Assembly (NCBI GenBank): GCA_965197745.1
Contig: CBDANS010000006.1
Location: 1,344,001-1,408,000, forward strand
DNA: 64,000 nucleotides
Origin: Opitutales bacterium
Lineage (GTDB): Bacteria; Verrucomicrobiota; Verrucomicrobiia; Opitutales; PNEW01
Direction: 5' to 3'
Of the stretch, positions 30,980-41,395 are shown piece after piece. The stretch's first letter is position 1. Every line of letters starts with the position of its first letter. A model generated the notes under the pieces. The model was not told the origin of the DNA. It worked only from the letters and a program-made list of their open reading frames with translations, and searched no databases. Both the position numbers and the translations under genes were made by a program.

Positions 30980-33238
30980 ATGATAATGATAAGAGCGCAA
31001 CATATTATTTGGCTGGTCATATTTTCCCTGTTCACCTCCCCGGTCCTCGTTGGGTCTGAGATGTCCGGTGTCGATAATACAGTCAGGGAACTTGAGAAGG
31101 AGCGCCAGCAATTAGATGAAACTATTTGGGCTAATGAAATATTGGCGCAGACTTATGAAAAATATTTCATCAGACTTTGGGATAAAATAAGGGTCAGCGA
31201 TGATAAACTTTCAGTCCTGGGTGAATTTAAATTCGGCAAGTTAAGCCTTGGGGAGAATTTTAATAAGAACGCATTGAAGTGGGGTATTTTGAGCTACCAA
31301 TTCAACGATAGGGGGAAAGTTTACAATCAGGAAGATTTGGCTTCGTGGTTGGAAGAGTTGAAGCTTCGCTATCGACTGATTCAGTCTGAATGGCACCATG
31401 CTAAATTTGAACCTTTTGATTCAAAAAAATATTCCGAGGTACAAGCAACCCTGCACGTAACTTCCCTCGATGATAAGGAGCGCTACATCCTGAAGGTCCT
31501 CTTAAAAGTGTCCTGGAGTGAAGATACGGACACACAAGGAAATTTTTATCCCCTGAAAATTGAAGCCACGGATTTAAATATCCTGCAGAGAAATGGGGAA
31601 CGGGTATTTTACGAGCGTCTCAGAGCGAAAAGCACGCTCGGGGACAATGCTTTTCGCAATGTTATCGTGTATGATTTAAATGGCGACGGCTTTTCTGAGA
31701 TTATTCTGCCCGAAGGAAATGTTGTCTACAGGAACAAGGGTAACTTTGAATTTGAAAGGGATTCTCTTTGTGAATATCCGACGAGGGGAATTGGCGTAAG
31801 CCTCATCGCAGACCTTACCGGTGACGGCCGACCGGATTTCCTCGCCATTGCCGAGGGGTTCCCGGTCCTCTATGAAATGGATGCGGAGGGAAGATATCGA
31901 TCAGTGGGGAACCCGATATTGGCAACCGTTGAGCCATTTAAAAATTCCTGGGCGATTGCCACTGGAGATATCAACCGTGATGGGTTGCTTGATCTTTGGA
32001 TAGGACAATATAAGCCGCCCTATTTTTATGGTCAGATGCCCACCCCATTTTATGACGCCAATGACGGCTACCCATCCTATCTTTTAGTGAACCAGGGTGG
32101 AGGGAGATTTAAGGATCAAACGGATAGCTCAGGTCTTGCCACCAAGCGCTATCGGCGAACTTATAGCACATCGTTTCTCGATCTCAACGATGATAAAACG
32201 CTTGATTTACTCGTGGTCAGTGATTTTTCCGGAGCTGATGTTTATTATAATAGAGGGGATGGTACATTTATGGATGTAACTTCCACCGCCATAGATGAAC
32301 GCAGTTCCTTCGGCATGTCTCATTCCTTCGGTGACTATAATCGTGATGGGAAACTGGATATTTACATGGGGGGGATGGGTTCGACAACAGCCCGAAGACT
32401 TGAGAATATGGGGGTTGGTAGGGAAGACAGGAAAAAAATCACTAATATGCGTATGCCCATGGGCTATGGCAACCGGATGTATCTTGCCTCCCCGGATGGT
32501 ATCTACCGACAACCCTCCTTTATTGATCAGGTGAATCGCTCAGGTTGGAGTTGGGGGATGAGCACATTTGATTTCGATTCGGACGGAGCGCAGGATATTT
32601 ATATAGCCAATGGAAACTATTCGATGGAAACATGTGAAGACTACTGCAGTATTTTTTGGACCCAGGACATCTATTCGGGAAATTCTGAACATAACCCGGC
32701 GCTTGAAAATTTATTCAGCAATACACGACTTAATTTTGGGACTGAAGCTAAAGGTGGGTGGAACCCCTACGAAAAAAACGTGCTCTTTATGAATCTCGAT
32801 GGGGAAGGGTTTATTAATGTTTCATTTCTCATGGGTGCGGCTTTTTCTTATGATTCAAGAACGGTAGTGACAGATGACCTGGACAACGATGGGCGGCCCG
32901 ATCTCATTATCACCTCTGTCGATTGGGTGAAACAAACACGAGACCTGCACGTTTATCAGAATCGCTGGCCCATGAAAAATAACTGGGTAGGCGTTCGTTT
33001 GCCCGAGGGGAAAGGTTACTCCCCCTTCGGGGCCAAAGTCACGTTAGTCAGTGAAGGAGGGAAGCAAATACAGTCCATAGTTACGGGCGATTCACATCTC
33101 GCTCAGCATTCCACCCAAAAACATTTTGGTCTGGGCCAGGATATATCCGTGAACTCCATTGAAGTTCACTGGCCCGATGGTCGCACCACCCTCGTGAATG
33201 ATCCAGCCATTAATCAGTATCACCTGGTCACTCCGTGA
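30980..33238 (+). CDS. CRTAC1 / ASPIC-UnbV family secreted protein with an extra N-terminal domain
   Basis: DLNGDG and DYNRDG repeats, GWSWG, C-terminal HFGLG..VHWPDG. Confidence 0.88.
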   Translation: MIMIRAQHIIWLVIFSLFTSPVLVGSEMSGVDNTVRELEKERQQLDETIWANEILAQTYEKYFIRLWDKIRVSDDKLSVLGEFKFGKLSLGENFNKNALKWGILSYQFNDRGKVYNQEDLASWLEELKLRYRLIQSEWHHAKFEPFDSKKYSEVQATLHVTSLDDKERYILKVLLKVSWSEDTDTQGNFYPLKIEATDLNILQRNGERVFYERLRAKSTLGDNAFRNVIVYDLNGDGFSEIILPEGNVVYRNKGNFEFERDSLCEYPTRGIGVSLIADLTGDGRPDFLAIAEGFPVLYEMDAEGRYRSVGNPILATVEPFKNSWAIATGDINRDGLLDLWIGQYKPPYFYGQMPTPFYDANDGYPSYLLVNQGGGRFKDQTDSSGLATKRYRRTYSTSFLDLNDDKTLDLLVVSDFSGADVYYNRGDGTFMDVTSTAIDERSSFGMSHSFGDYNRDGKLDIYMGGMGSTTARRLENMGVGREDRKKITNMRMPMGYGNRMYLASPDGIYRQPSFIDQVNRSGWSWGMSTFDFDSDGAQDIYIANGNYSMETCEDYCSIFWTQDIYSGNSEHNPALENLFSNTRLNFGTEAKGGWNPYEKNVLFMNLDGEGFINVSFLMGAAFSYDSRTVVTDDLDNDGRPDLIITSVDWVKQTRDLHVYQNRWPMKNNWVGVRLPEGKGYSPFGAKVTLVSEGGKQIQSIVTGDSHLAQHSTQKHFGLGQDISVNSIEVHWPDGRTTLVNDPAINQYHLVTP

Positions 33239-33437
33239 CGATTGCCGATTTCGAACATGATGCACGATGCAAGATCCAGGGTGGTTGGACAATGATCTCA
33301 TCGATAATAGCTAGATGTCAGGCAATTAGGTGGAACGCGCTGTCCCTAGTGCGTTGAGGATATCGGACGCAAAAGACATACCCCTGGAATGGAAGATGTC
33401 GGGCTTCGCCCTCGGTACGGATTTCGGATTGGAGGGA

Positions 33438-33539
33438 TTCGCCGCAGAGACGCAGAGTACGCAAAGTTAGTATATAAAATTTTGTTTTTGTATTATTCAT
33501 AAACTAAAATCTCAGCGCTCTCAGCGCCTCTGCGGTTAA
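33438..33539. repeat. ACCGCAGAG-family inverted-repeat element
   Basis: TTCGCCGCAGAGACGCAGAG ... CTCAGCGCTCTCAGCGCCTCTGCGGTTAA. Confidence 0.8.
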
Positions 33540-33585
33540 TTTGCCAAAAAACAATCGACAATCGCAAATCGGCAATCCGAAATTG

Positions 33586-34527
33586 TCAGAACCACCTTTC
33601 ACGGTTCACGACATTCTGCAGCGGTTCTCCGGAGATAAATCGGCGCAGGTTTTCTATCAGTGTAGCGACGCGCCGTTGCTGAATATAGGAGCTGACCCCT
33701 GCGATGTGCGGAGTAATGATCACATTTTCCATTTCCCAAAGTGGATGATCTGAGGGCAGCGGTTCAGTCTCGAAAACATCGAGACCGGCACCTGCAATTT
33801 CACCGTTTTCAAGAGCGCTCGTTAAAGCACTGAGGTCGACGACGACCCCTCGCGAAATATTGATGAAATAGGCGGTCTTCTTCATCCGCTGCAGTTGCTC
33901 ACCACCGATCAGCTTAACCGTTTCAGGGCTATGGGGGATGCAACTGACGACAAAATCAGATTCCTCGAGAAGCTCATTAAGCTTATCGATCTCCCACAAT
34001 GCATCAACAATGTCAGGTTTTTCACGCCGCTTGGCATCGGTGGCGATAACACGCATCCCACAGGCTGCGCTGCGTCTGGCAAGTTCTATTCCGATCCCGC
34101 CGAGCCCGATAATCCCCAATGTTTGATTGGCGAGATGTATTACCGGAACACCGCGCTCCCAGCTCCGGGCAAGTTGCTTGCGCAAATAGAGATGAAACCC
34201 GCGGGCGAACATTAAAATATAAGCTAAGGTATGGTCGGCTATGACATCACTGAAAATTCCGGCCATGTTACTGATTTCGATATCACTCTCGATTAAAGCC
34301 GGGAACATATAATTTTCCAGGCCGATGCACGGTGCCTGAATCCAATTCAGCTTGCTTGCGCGCTCTAATAAAACGGGAGTAATCGTGCCGTAGACAGCAT
34401 CGACTTCTTCGATTACTTCCAGCGCTTCCTCTTCGGAGTTGATATTCAGAATTTCTACCTGGTCTGAGACTGACGCGATCTCATCCACCGCTCTTTTTTC
34501 TAATGCCGGGTATATTAATAATTTCAT
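33586..34527 (-). CDS. D-2-hydroxyacid dehydrogenase
   Basis: GLGGIG, NISRG, DVFETEPL and TPHIAG motifs. Confidence 0.92.
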   Translation of the reverse strand: MKLLIYPALEKRAVDEIASVSDQVEILNINSEEEALEVIEEVDAVYGTITPVLLERASKLNWIQAPCIGLENYMFPALIESDIEISNMAGIFSDVIADHTLAYILMFARGFHLYLRKQLARSWERGVPVIHLANQTLGIIGLGGIGIELARRSAACGMRVIATDAKRREKPDIVDALWEIDKLNELLEESDFVVSCIPHSPETVKLIGGEQLQRMKKTAYFINISRGVVVDLSALTSALENGEIAGAGLDVFETEPLPSDHPLWEMENVIITPHIAGVSSYIQQRRVATLIENLRRFISGEPLQNVVNRERWF

Positions 34528-35699
34528 TGGCTTACTCTTCGCTCGCGGTGTGGAGCATATTTTTTTTCGGTGAGAAGATGTTCAAGATAAATACGAGAGC
34601 CATCCAATGAATCGGAAACATTCGCGGCGATCACTGCAGTCAAACTTTTCATCGCGTCTGAAAAAGGTGAGCAGATATTACCGGGAGATTGTGCAATAAT
34701 GGCTTCTATAAAATTACGACTGATGGCCAGGGTTGAATCTTCCAAAAGAGTAGCGTTCTCCGGTGGAACATCGAGTTTATGGCGTAGTTGGGAGTCGTCA
34801 GGAGTTGTCTTTGGGGGGTAGGCGCCATCGTAATGATAAGAGACAAATTCATCCGAATTAAGAACAAGTCGCCCTTCGTTCCAAAGAATTTGATGATCGA
34901 GATAACTGTTGTATACGCGACGCAGACGTGAAATCGCCATGTTCCCCACCGCGCCATTCTCGAATCCAAAAATGACATTATAAGTATGGGGATTATCGGC
35001 ACTCTCAATAATTTCGTCGGGTAGACGATTGACATAATTTGCTTGTACCCAAACGACATCACCCAACCAGTAACGCCATAAATCCAGCGTGTGAATTCCA
35101 TTTTCGACTGCCGTTGTCCCCGTCCAGGCACGGCTTGCCGTCCATACGCGATTTGCGGGACCGCCAACAGTTTCAGTGGGCATGTGTTTCACACTGTGTG
35201 ATTCCAAAGGAGCGTGGAAGGTATAGTTCGCTTGCACTACGCGTTTATCGGAAAGAAAATCTTTTACCGTTGCATGGCGGGGTTCAAATCTCTGCTGGAA
35301 GCCAACCGCAGAATAGACACCGGTTTCTTTAATTGTGGCCTCCATTTCGAGCGCTTCGTCAAGATAAAGGCTCATCGGCTTTTCGACAAATAAATGTATA
35401 CCCGATTGTGCTGCGCGAATCACTTCGCCACGATGGAGATTGGGTGGTATTGCCAGGTAAAGCACATCGGGCTTGCTCTCAGCGATCAGTTCGTCGAACG
35501 CGGTCGTCAATTTTATATTATCCTCGCGGTAATCGGGAACGAAGCTTCTTATTTTATCTCCATCGAGATTAGTCGCGAAGGAATCTGCTAAAACTGTTAT
35601 TTCGACCAGCCCCTCCGATTGCAGTTGCCACAAGGCTTTCAAGTGCTGTAGCCCGCGCTGCCCAATCCCGAGCATCCCAATTCGCAGTGGTTTTGTCAT
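34524..35699 (-). CDS. Gfo/Idh/MocA family oxidoreductase
   Basis: GIGQRG, VEKP and GIHTLD motifs. Confidence 0.9.
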   Translation of the reverse strand: MTKPLRIGMLGIGQRGLQHLKALWQLQSEGLVEITVLADSFATNLDGDKIRSFVPDYREDNIKLTTAFDELIAESKPDVLYLAIPPNLHRGEVIRAAQSGIHLFVEKPMSLYLDEALEMEATIKETGVYSAVGFQQRFEPRHATVKDFLSDKRVVQANYTFHAPLESHSVKHMPTETVGGPANRVWTASRAWTGTTAVENGIHTLDLWRYWLGDVVWVQANYVNRLPDEIIESADNPHTYNVIFGFENGAVGNMAISRLRRVYNSYLDHQILWNEGRLVLNSDEFVSYHYDGAYPPKTTPDDSQLRHKLDVPPENATLLEDSTLAISRNFIEAIIAQSPGNICSPFSDAMKSLTAVIAANVSDSLDGSRIYLEHLLTEKKYAPHRERRVSQ

Positions 35700-35754
35700 T
35701 GTTTATAAGATAGCCACATAAAGCACAAAAGGCACAAGAGAGTTTTTATAAAAT

Positions 35755-35887
35755 TGTCATTGCGAAAGAGGTGAAAACCAACCTCGGCTACCGAGCGCAG
35801 CGACATCTTTCAATCCATGTGTATGTAGGACGCCTATTGACAATCCCCTGGATCGCCGCAGTCGGCCACGCCTCCTTCGCGATGACA
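35755..35887. repeat. TGTCATTGCG...CGC(A/G)ATGACA family element
   Basis: Terminal inverted repeat; related copies at 13456-13498 (half), 38791-38897 and 59984-60219. Confidence 0.8.
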
Positions 35888-36071
35888 ATTAAAATAAATT
35901 GATTTAAACTCATTCTGAAATTCAATGAACGCGATCATCCTTCGCCCGGTTGCCAATGACCGACATGCACCACGTGGCCCTACATTCATTAAATTTCTCA
36001 ATTGTGTTATTTGCGGCCAACTCTTTCTTTTGGCTATCCTGCATCCTGGATCCCGCATCCTGCATCATGAT

Positions 36072-37430
36072 TTACTCATCTTCTAATAATGCCCCGCTGA
36101 GGCTTTGGGTATCAAGGGTTCGGGTTACACGGAAAATTCCGGAGGGACCGAGAGGTGAACCGATATAGACAAAAATATGTTGCACTCCTCGCTTTTCATC
36201 AATTATCGCGGCCCCGGGATGCATCCCGTCAATTTCAGATCTGCTCATGAATCCATTCCTGTGAAGCAGGGTTCCTTCAAATCGCCATTCATTGCTTCCA
36301 TTTTTCAGTTTATCGGGGTCGATGCTCCAGAGGTTGAGCGTTTGACCATCGCGCGCATTCTGTGGACCTTTGCCTGCATCGCCGTTGCGGTCGGTAGCGA
36401 CGCATTCTATACGCTTGCTCACCGGATTGTAGCTCAAGTCAACGGTGTCCTGTGTCCATGCACCGTGAGAAGGGCTTTCGCTTATGTCGCGGACATCGGT
36501 AGCGCGAATCGTAGAGAGCATGGGTTTGAATGGAAACCAACCTTTCCTGGCATAAAGCTGAACATATCTCCAGGTATTAGAACGGGGTTCGAAACTTTCA
36601 TACCCGTGACATCTTGCGACCACTAGAATGGCTCCATCATGCAGTAATAGCGTAGGTTCAATGGGTGTGGCAAAGTCCGGGAATACCTGTTTTTTCTCTT
36701 TCCAGGTATTGCCCCCGTTTTTTGAATAACGTATCCATATTTCTGGCGGAACATAGGGTGTTCCATCGGGATTTCGTTTATCAGCCAGCGCGTTGCTATG
36801 GCCGGCGACAATGAGACCGCGGGTTGGATGGTCGAGAAGACGCGGACCGTTATTCGTTTGCGGTCCTGAAAGTTGCTCTTCGCCAAATGCACCGGGAAGA
36901 TGTTCCCAGGTTTTACCCTCATCTTCTGATCGGAAAACCCCGTAATTGGTCACCACGACTACCGTGCCATCCCTTGTCGTTCCGATAGAATTTCCAAAGT
37001 CCAAACGACACCCAACGGTTTCACTATTAATGAAAGATTTCAAATCAACTGGATTGGACCATGATTTTCCACCGTCCGTAGAGCGCGTCATCATTGTATA
37101 GGTGCTAAATTCATCACGTGGTTCACTCCCGCCCCAATGAAAAGGCAGTCGATAGAAAACAACGATCATGGTTTCCCCTGACATGGTTGCTACCGGCCAG
37201 CCGAAATGATTGTTATGGGTATGAAGATTTTCACCTTCAGGTAAGACGACGTGGACGAGTTCCAGCATACCCGCTGTTTTTTTCAGGAGCGCTTTAGAAC
37301 GCTCATTCAATTGTAATAGATTCATAATATAGGTTTCAGATGAGTGACTCACTGCATGGATCAGACCGGCCGAAATTTCCAGCAATAGTAAAATTATTAA
37401 AGTTCTCTGGAGATTTAGTGGTTTATTCAA
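36072..37430 (-). CDS. Secreted BNR/Asp-box (sialidase-like) protein
   Basis: Asp boxes STDGGKSW, SEDEGKTW, SKNGGNTW; probable TTG start with signal peptide (start uncertain). Confidence 0.75.
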   Translation of the reverse strand: MNKPLNLQRTLIILLLLEISAGLIHAVSHSSETYIMNLLQLNERSKALLKKTAGMLELVHVVLPEGENLHTHNNHFGWPVATMSGETMIVVFYRLPFHWGGSEPRDEFSTYTMMTRSTDGGKSWSNPVDLKSFINSETVGCRLDFGNSIGTTRDGTVVVVTNYGVFRSEDEGKTWEHLPGAFGEEQLSGPQTNNGPRLLDHPTRGLIVAGHSNALADKRNPDGTPYVPPEIWIRYSKNGGNTWKEKKQVFPDFATPIEPTLLLHDGAILVVARCHGYESFEPRSNTWRYVQLYARKGWFPFKPMLSTIRATDVRDISESPSHGAWTQDTVDLSYNPVSKRIECVATDRNGDAGKGPQNARDGQTLNLWSIDPDKLKNGSNEWRFEGTLLHRNGFMSRSEIDGMHPGAAIIDEKRGVQHIFVYIGSPLGPSGIFRVTRTLDTQSLSGALLEDE

Positions 37431-37653
37431 TGTTAGATTTCGACCTACAGCCGCGGGACTCGGTAGCCAATTGTCGATTGAAGAGATTAACCGCAAAGAC
37501 GCGGAGAACGCAGAGTTTATGCTTAAAATTCTTGTTTGTACTGTTCATAATCTAATTCTCTGCGACTAAGCGGTTAATTTACTAATAACTATCGACAATG
37601 TTATATATTCGCTTTTCGCATCATTGCATTTACGCATTACCACATACGCGCAT

Positions 37654-38223
37654 TCACTCATTTTCCATCAAAGCCTTGCGGAGGCGGTGGGCGCGCTCCC
37701 CGATGGGAAGTTGAAAGTTGGGGACGGGTTCATTGGCTTGATCAACTTTCCAGACGAAGACGAGAGGACCTTTCCCTTCGAAGAGAAGGTCGAGCTTTTG
37801 GTCAAAGTCAGTGTCATCGGTAAGGGTATAAACTGCTTCAATACCAGCGCCACGCGCAATTGTTTCATAATTTATTTTACCGGCACCCGGCACGAATTGA
37901 TTACCGGTTATTTCGTAGGTGCCGTTTTCAATGATCACGAGGGCATAATTTTCAACCGGTCTTTGGGCGACAGTAACAAGCGTTCCTAAACACATAAGCA
38001 TACTGCCGTCCCCGTTAAGGGTAATGACTCGGCGGTCGGGTCGGGCGATGGCGAGGCCATGGGCCAGGTCTGCGGCGTGTCCCATACCACTGTCAACCGA
38101 GGCAAAATCAAATGGTCCGTCAGATAAATTTTCCCAGGGTTTGGCGGTACCCATGTTAGTGATAATTATCTCGTCCTTGCGACGAGCGGCTAACTTCTCA
38201 AGACAGGTATATTTATTAAGCAT
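37654..38223 (-). CDS. ThDP-dependent decarboxylase beta subunit (ComE-like)
   Basis: GDGSMLM...EN ThDP-binding motif; adjacent alpha subunit. Confidence 0.85.
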   Translation of the reverse strand: MLNKYTCLEKLAARRKDEIIITNMGTAKPWENLSDGPFDFASVDSGMGHAADLAHGLAIARPDRRVITLNGDGSMLMCLGTLVTVAQRPVENYALVIIENGTYEITGNQFVPGAGKINYETIARGAGIEAVYTLTDDTDFDQKLDLLFEGKGPLVFVWKVDQANEPVPNFQLPIGERAHRLRKALMENE

Positions 38224-38225
38224 GA

Positions 38226-38720
38226 TTATACTGTCTCCTCGGTCAGTAATACAGCTGAGGGTAGAGAAGAAGCTAATGCTTTTTTCGCACCGGTTGAAAT
38301 CTGGTCCATGTCCTTATCATCGCTGAGAATGGAGTAGGGGATATTCCAGGCTTTAAGGGTGGGCTCGAGAAAGGTAGCCACCGAATCCACGCGCGGGGCC
38401 TCAGGGCTTAAGGTTTTAAAACCACGGTAACCTATAAGGAGGAGAACAGGGATTCCCATATTATAGACGGTGCCCCGGAAGGCATCTCCCGATTCCAGGA
38501 ATCCGGTATTTTGAATAAGCACCGCGGGATTCTTGCCCCCCAGGAAAAGCCCGGAAGCGATCGCAAAGGCTTCTCCCTCGCGGCTGACTTGAATGACTTC
38601 AATTTCAGGTTCTTTCCACAGCAACTCAAAGAGGACTCGTGATCCATTATCAGGAAGACCGACGATATGCGTAATGCCCTGCTTCTTGAATTCTTCAAGT
38701 ATGAGTCTTGAACTTATCAC
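38226..38720 (-). CDS. ThDP-dependent decarboxylase alpha subunit (ComD-like)
   Basis: GLPD, REGEA, QNTG and GYRG motifs. Confidence 0.85.
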   Translation of the reverse strand: MISSRLILEEFKKQGITHIVGLPDNGSRVLFELLWKEPEIEVIQVSREGEAFAIASGLFLGGKNPAVLIQNTGFLESGDAFRGTVYNMGIPVLLLIGYRGFKTLSPEAPRVDSVATFLEPTLKAWNIPYSILSDDKDMDQISTGAKKALASSLPSAVLLTEETV

Positions 38721-39159
38721 CGTGAATCCAGCTTCTTCGGAATGAAATAATTAGTGAAATATAAGATGGAGAAAAAACATTTATTTTAATTGTCATTGCG
38801 GGGAGCAACGAGACGAAGCAATCCAGAGGGAATTATTTTTCGCAATAGACATTTCCCTGGATTGCCGCAGTCGGCTACCGCCTTCTTCGCAATGACAATA
38901 GGGGAACAATTACTCAATCGACAATTTATTTCTCAATCTAACCGACATTACCCAGCGCGTTTCTCCAATTGCGACATCCTCAACGCGCTAGGGACACGAT
39001 TCAACTTAGCTCATCGCAGGTTGCGTTCCACCTATTTGCCTGACACACATAGCTGTTATCTTTAAGATGACTGTCTTAACACCTGTATCCTGCATCATGT
39101 ATCCTGCATCGTGTCCGCATTCGTACCGAGGACAAAGCCCGACATCCTCCAATTTGAGA

Positions 39160-39766
39160 TCACTCAATCGTCAGTTCTTCGGTAATTACGGTGACTTCAT
39201 CCCCGTCTTCGTTGGCGAAGGTGGCATCAATGCTCAGTGTGGGCTGAGGGGTGTTGTCAGACTTGAAGTTGTTCTGGGTGATCAGGGTCTCAAACCCGTT
39301 CGTGGGTGAACCACTCTCAGCGACGACAACCGCAGCGCCATTGGTCTGCAAGAGGTCGCCCCCGGTGATCCTCAACCCGGGGTTGCCCGCGGGTACCGTG
39401 AAGGACCCTTCTCCGAACAGGATGTGGGGCACCGCATCGCCATCAGCATCGATATTGCCGATGGTTAAGCGTACCGCGATCGGCACTCCTCGGGCATCCA
39501 CCCCGGTCACTCACGATTCGCCCTTCCTGACCGGGTCCGAGGGTTAACGCTTTTGACCCTGAGTGTAAAAGAGTCGCATCTTCCAGGGTCTCTATCGTGA
39601 AGCCGAAAAACTGGATATCATTCGGCGGTTCACCAAGGGTAAATTCTCCTGTCCCTTCGGCATTTTCAAAATCGATGAATACTTCCTGTTCCTGAGGCGC
39701 GGCCAGGATGAATAAAGGAAAAGTCAGTCATGCCCACATAACTGTAACACGTTTTATTAGGTTCAT
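39160..39766 (-). pseudogene. Decayed secreted-protein gene
   Basis: RBS AGGAG before ATG 39766; MNLIKRVTVMWA*LTFPLFILAA (TGA in the signal peptide); frame change near 39500 into the 39160-39510 ORF. Confidence 0.6.
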
Positions 39767-40052
39767 TTACTCTCCTGACTGCAATTAATCTATTAAGGAA
39801 AAGATATAAAAGAGGATGATTAAGTATTTGTTTAGATGGTCTCAATCAATTAAATAATCACTCAAACCCTGATATAATACACTTTTTACCTGGGAGCTGG
39901 TCAAGGGCACTGAATTAAGCTGATTCTTGACCCTGGTATGTTGGGTCATGAAAATTCATTATTAAGACGCATTAATTTTCTGTATTGAAATTAGTATGAG
40001 GCAACGCAGTGTTGAACCCATATTTTTAAATAATAACGGAACGGACAGTTAA

Positions 40053-41363
40053 ATGACCCTTGAGGAATATGAACGCGCTTTTAACCATATGGTGTTGGAC
40101 GATGCGATGGATGAATATGGGCTTATTCGCCACCAGTTGACTTACCCGGTTCGCAAGCCACTCAGTAATGATCTCCTGAAGCACGAACGGGACGAAAGGG
40201 ATCGCAGAAAAGCTGCGGGTCAAAAATGGCATCCACTGGACGGCACACCGGCCTATGTCATGTACGAGGACGCAAATTATGTCGGCAACCGCTACCTCAT
40301 CTCTCAAGTGTGGCGCTCACGTGTCACCGGGGAGGCCGGATCAAAAGACGACGCACGCCGGGCCTATGAAGCCTCTCTCTATCCCTACCGCGAGGGCACG
40401 AGGAAAGAAAAAGGGTACTGGCCAAAACCTTATGGAGCATTGAAGGGAAATTACGCTGTCGACAAAAACTACACGGAAACGAGTTTAGATCAGGCTTATT
40501 CACCGGTCATCGCCCTATGGCGCTACTACCAGTATTTGGCAGATGATACTGAGAAACAGGAAATTGGAGAAGCGCTCCAGGCACATGGGCATTGGTGGAT
40601 TAATCACGAATACAATTATGACTACCTGGGTGAAGTATGGAATGTCTTCGATAATAATATGCCCCCTTTTAAAGCAGGTAAAATATCCTCACCGAGTGAA
40701 GCCCTCAAGATTCCCATTGGAATGCATATCGCTTATCAAATTACGGGCGACAAAACCCTGCTTGATGAATGCGTGAGGATATTGCGGAAAGGGATTGCCG
40801 ACGGGGGGGTGCAAATGCATCGCGGACCACGGGGTGAGATAAAGGAACTCTACCACTGGGCGGAGATATACGACTACTTCATGCGTGAGACTGAGCTTTG
40901 CGATGAGACTGATTGGCCTCGATTAATCAAGGCGTGCTGGCGAGCGGCAAAGAGCACGGTGCAGGAAGATGGTTTATGCATTGGCATGGGAAACTTCATG
41001 GACGATGGGCTCATCGAGAAGTACGAACCCGGGCCCGCTGATCACGTGGATCACTGTAATTACTGGAAAACCGACGCCAGGCATACGGCATCAACGACTC
41101 AGATGGCATGCCTGGCCATGTTGATTCAAGAACTGGACTACGATTCCGAAGCTGGAAGTGTTGGAAAGACGCTCTTGTCGAATGTGGCTAAAACCTTTGA
41201 GGACGACTATCGACCCTACCCCGTGGACTCATAACTTTATGCCCATCCCGAGCAGATGCCTCCATCACAGAGAGATAATCCACCACGGTCTATTTTTTGT
41301 ACGCGCACAGTTGTTTTCTGGTTGGATGCCTATTGGCGGGGAAAATTACACGGTATTTTCTAA
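40053..41363 (+). pseudogene. Hypothetical aromatic-rich, probably helical-barrel carbohydrate-active protein with a premature TAA
   Basis: After the TAA at 41232-41234 the frame continues 42 codons (LYAHPEQ...FWLDAYWRGKLHGIF) to TAA 41361-41363. Confidence 0.6.
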
Positions 41364-41395
41364 GATTGCAGAAACAGTTAAGATAAGAATAATCC

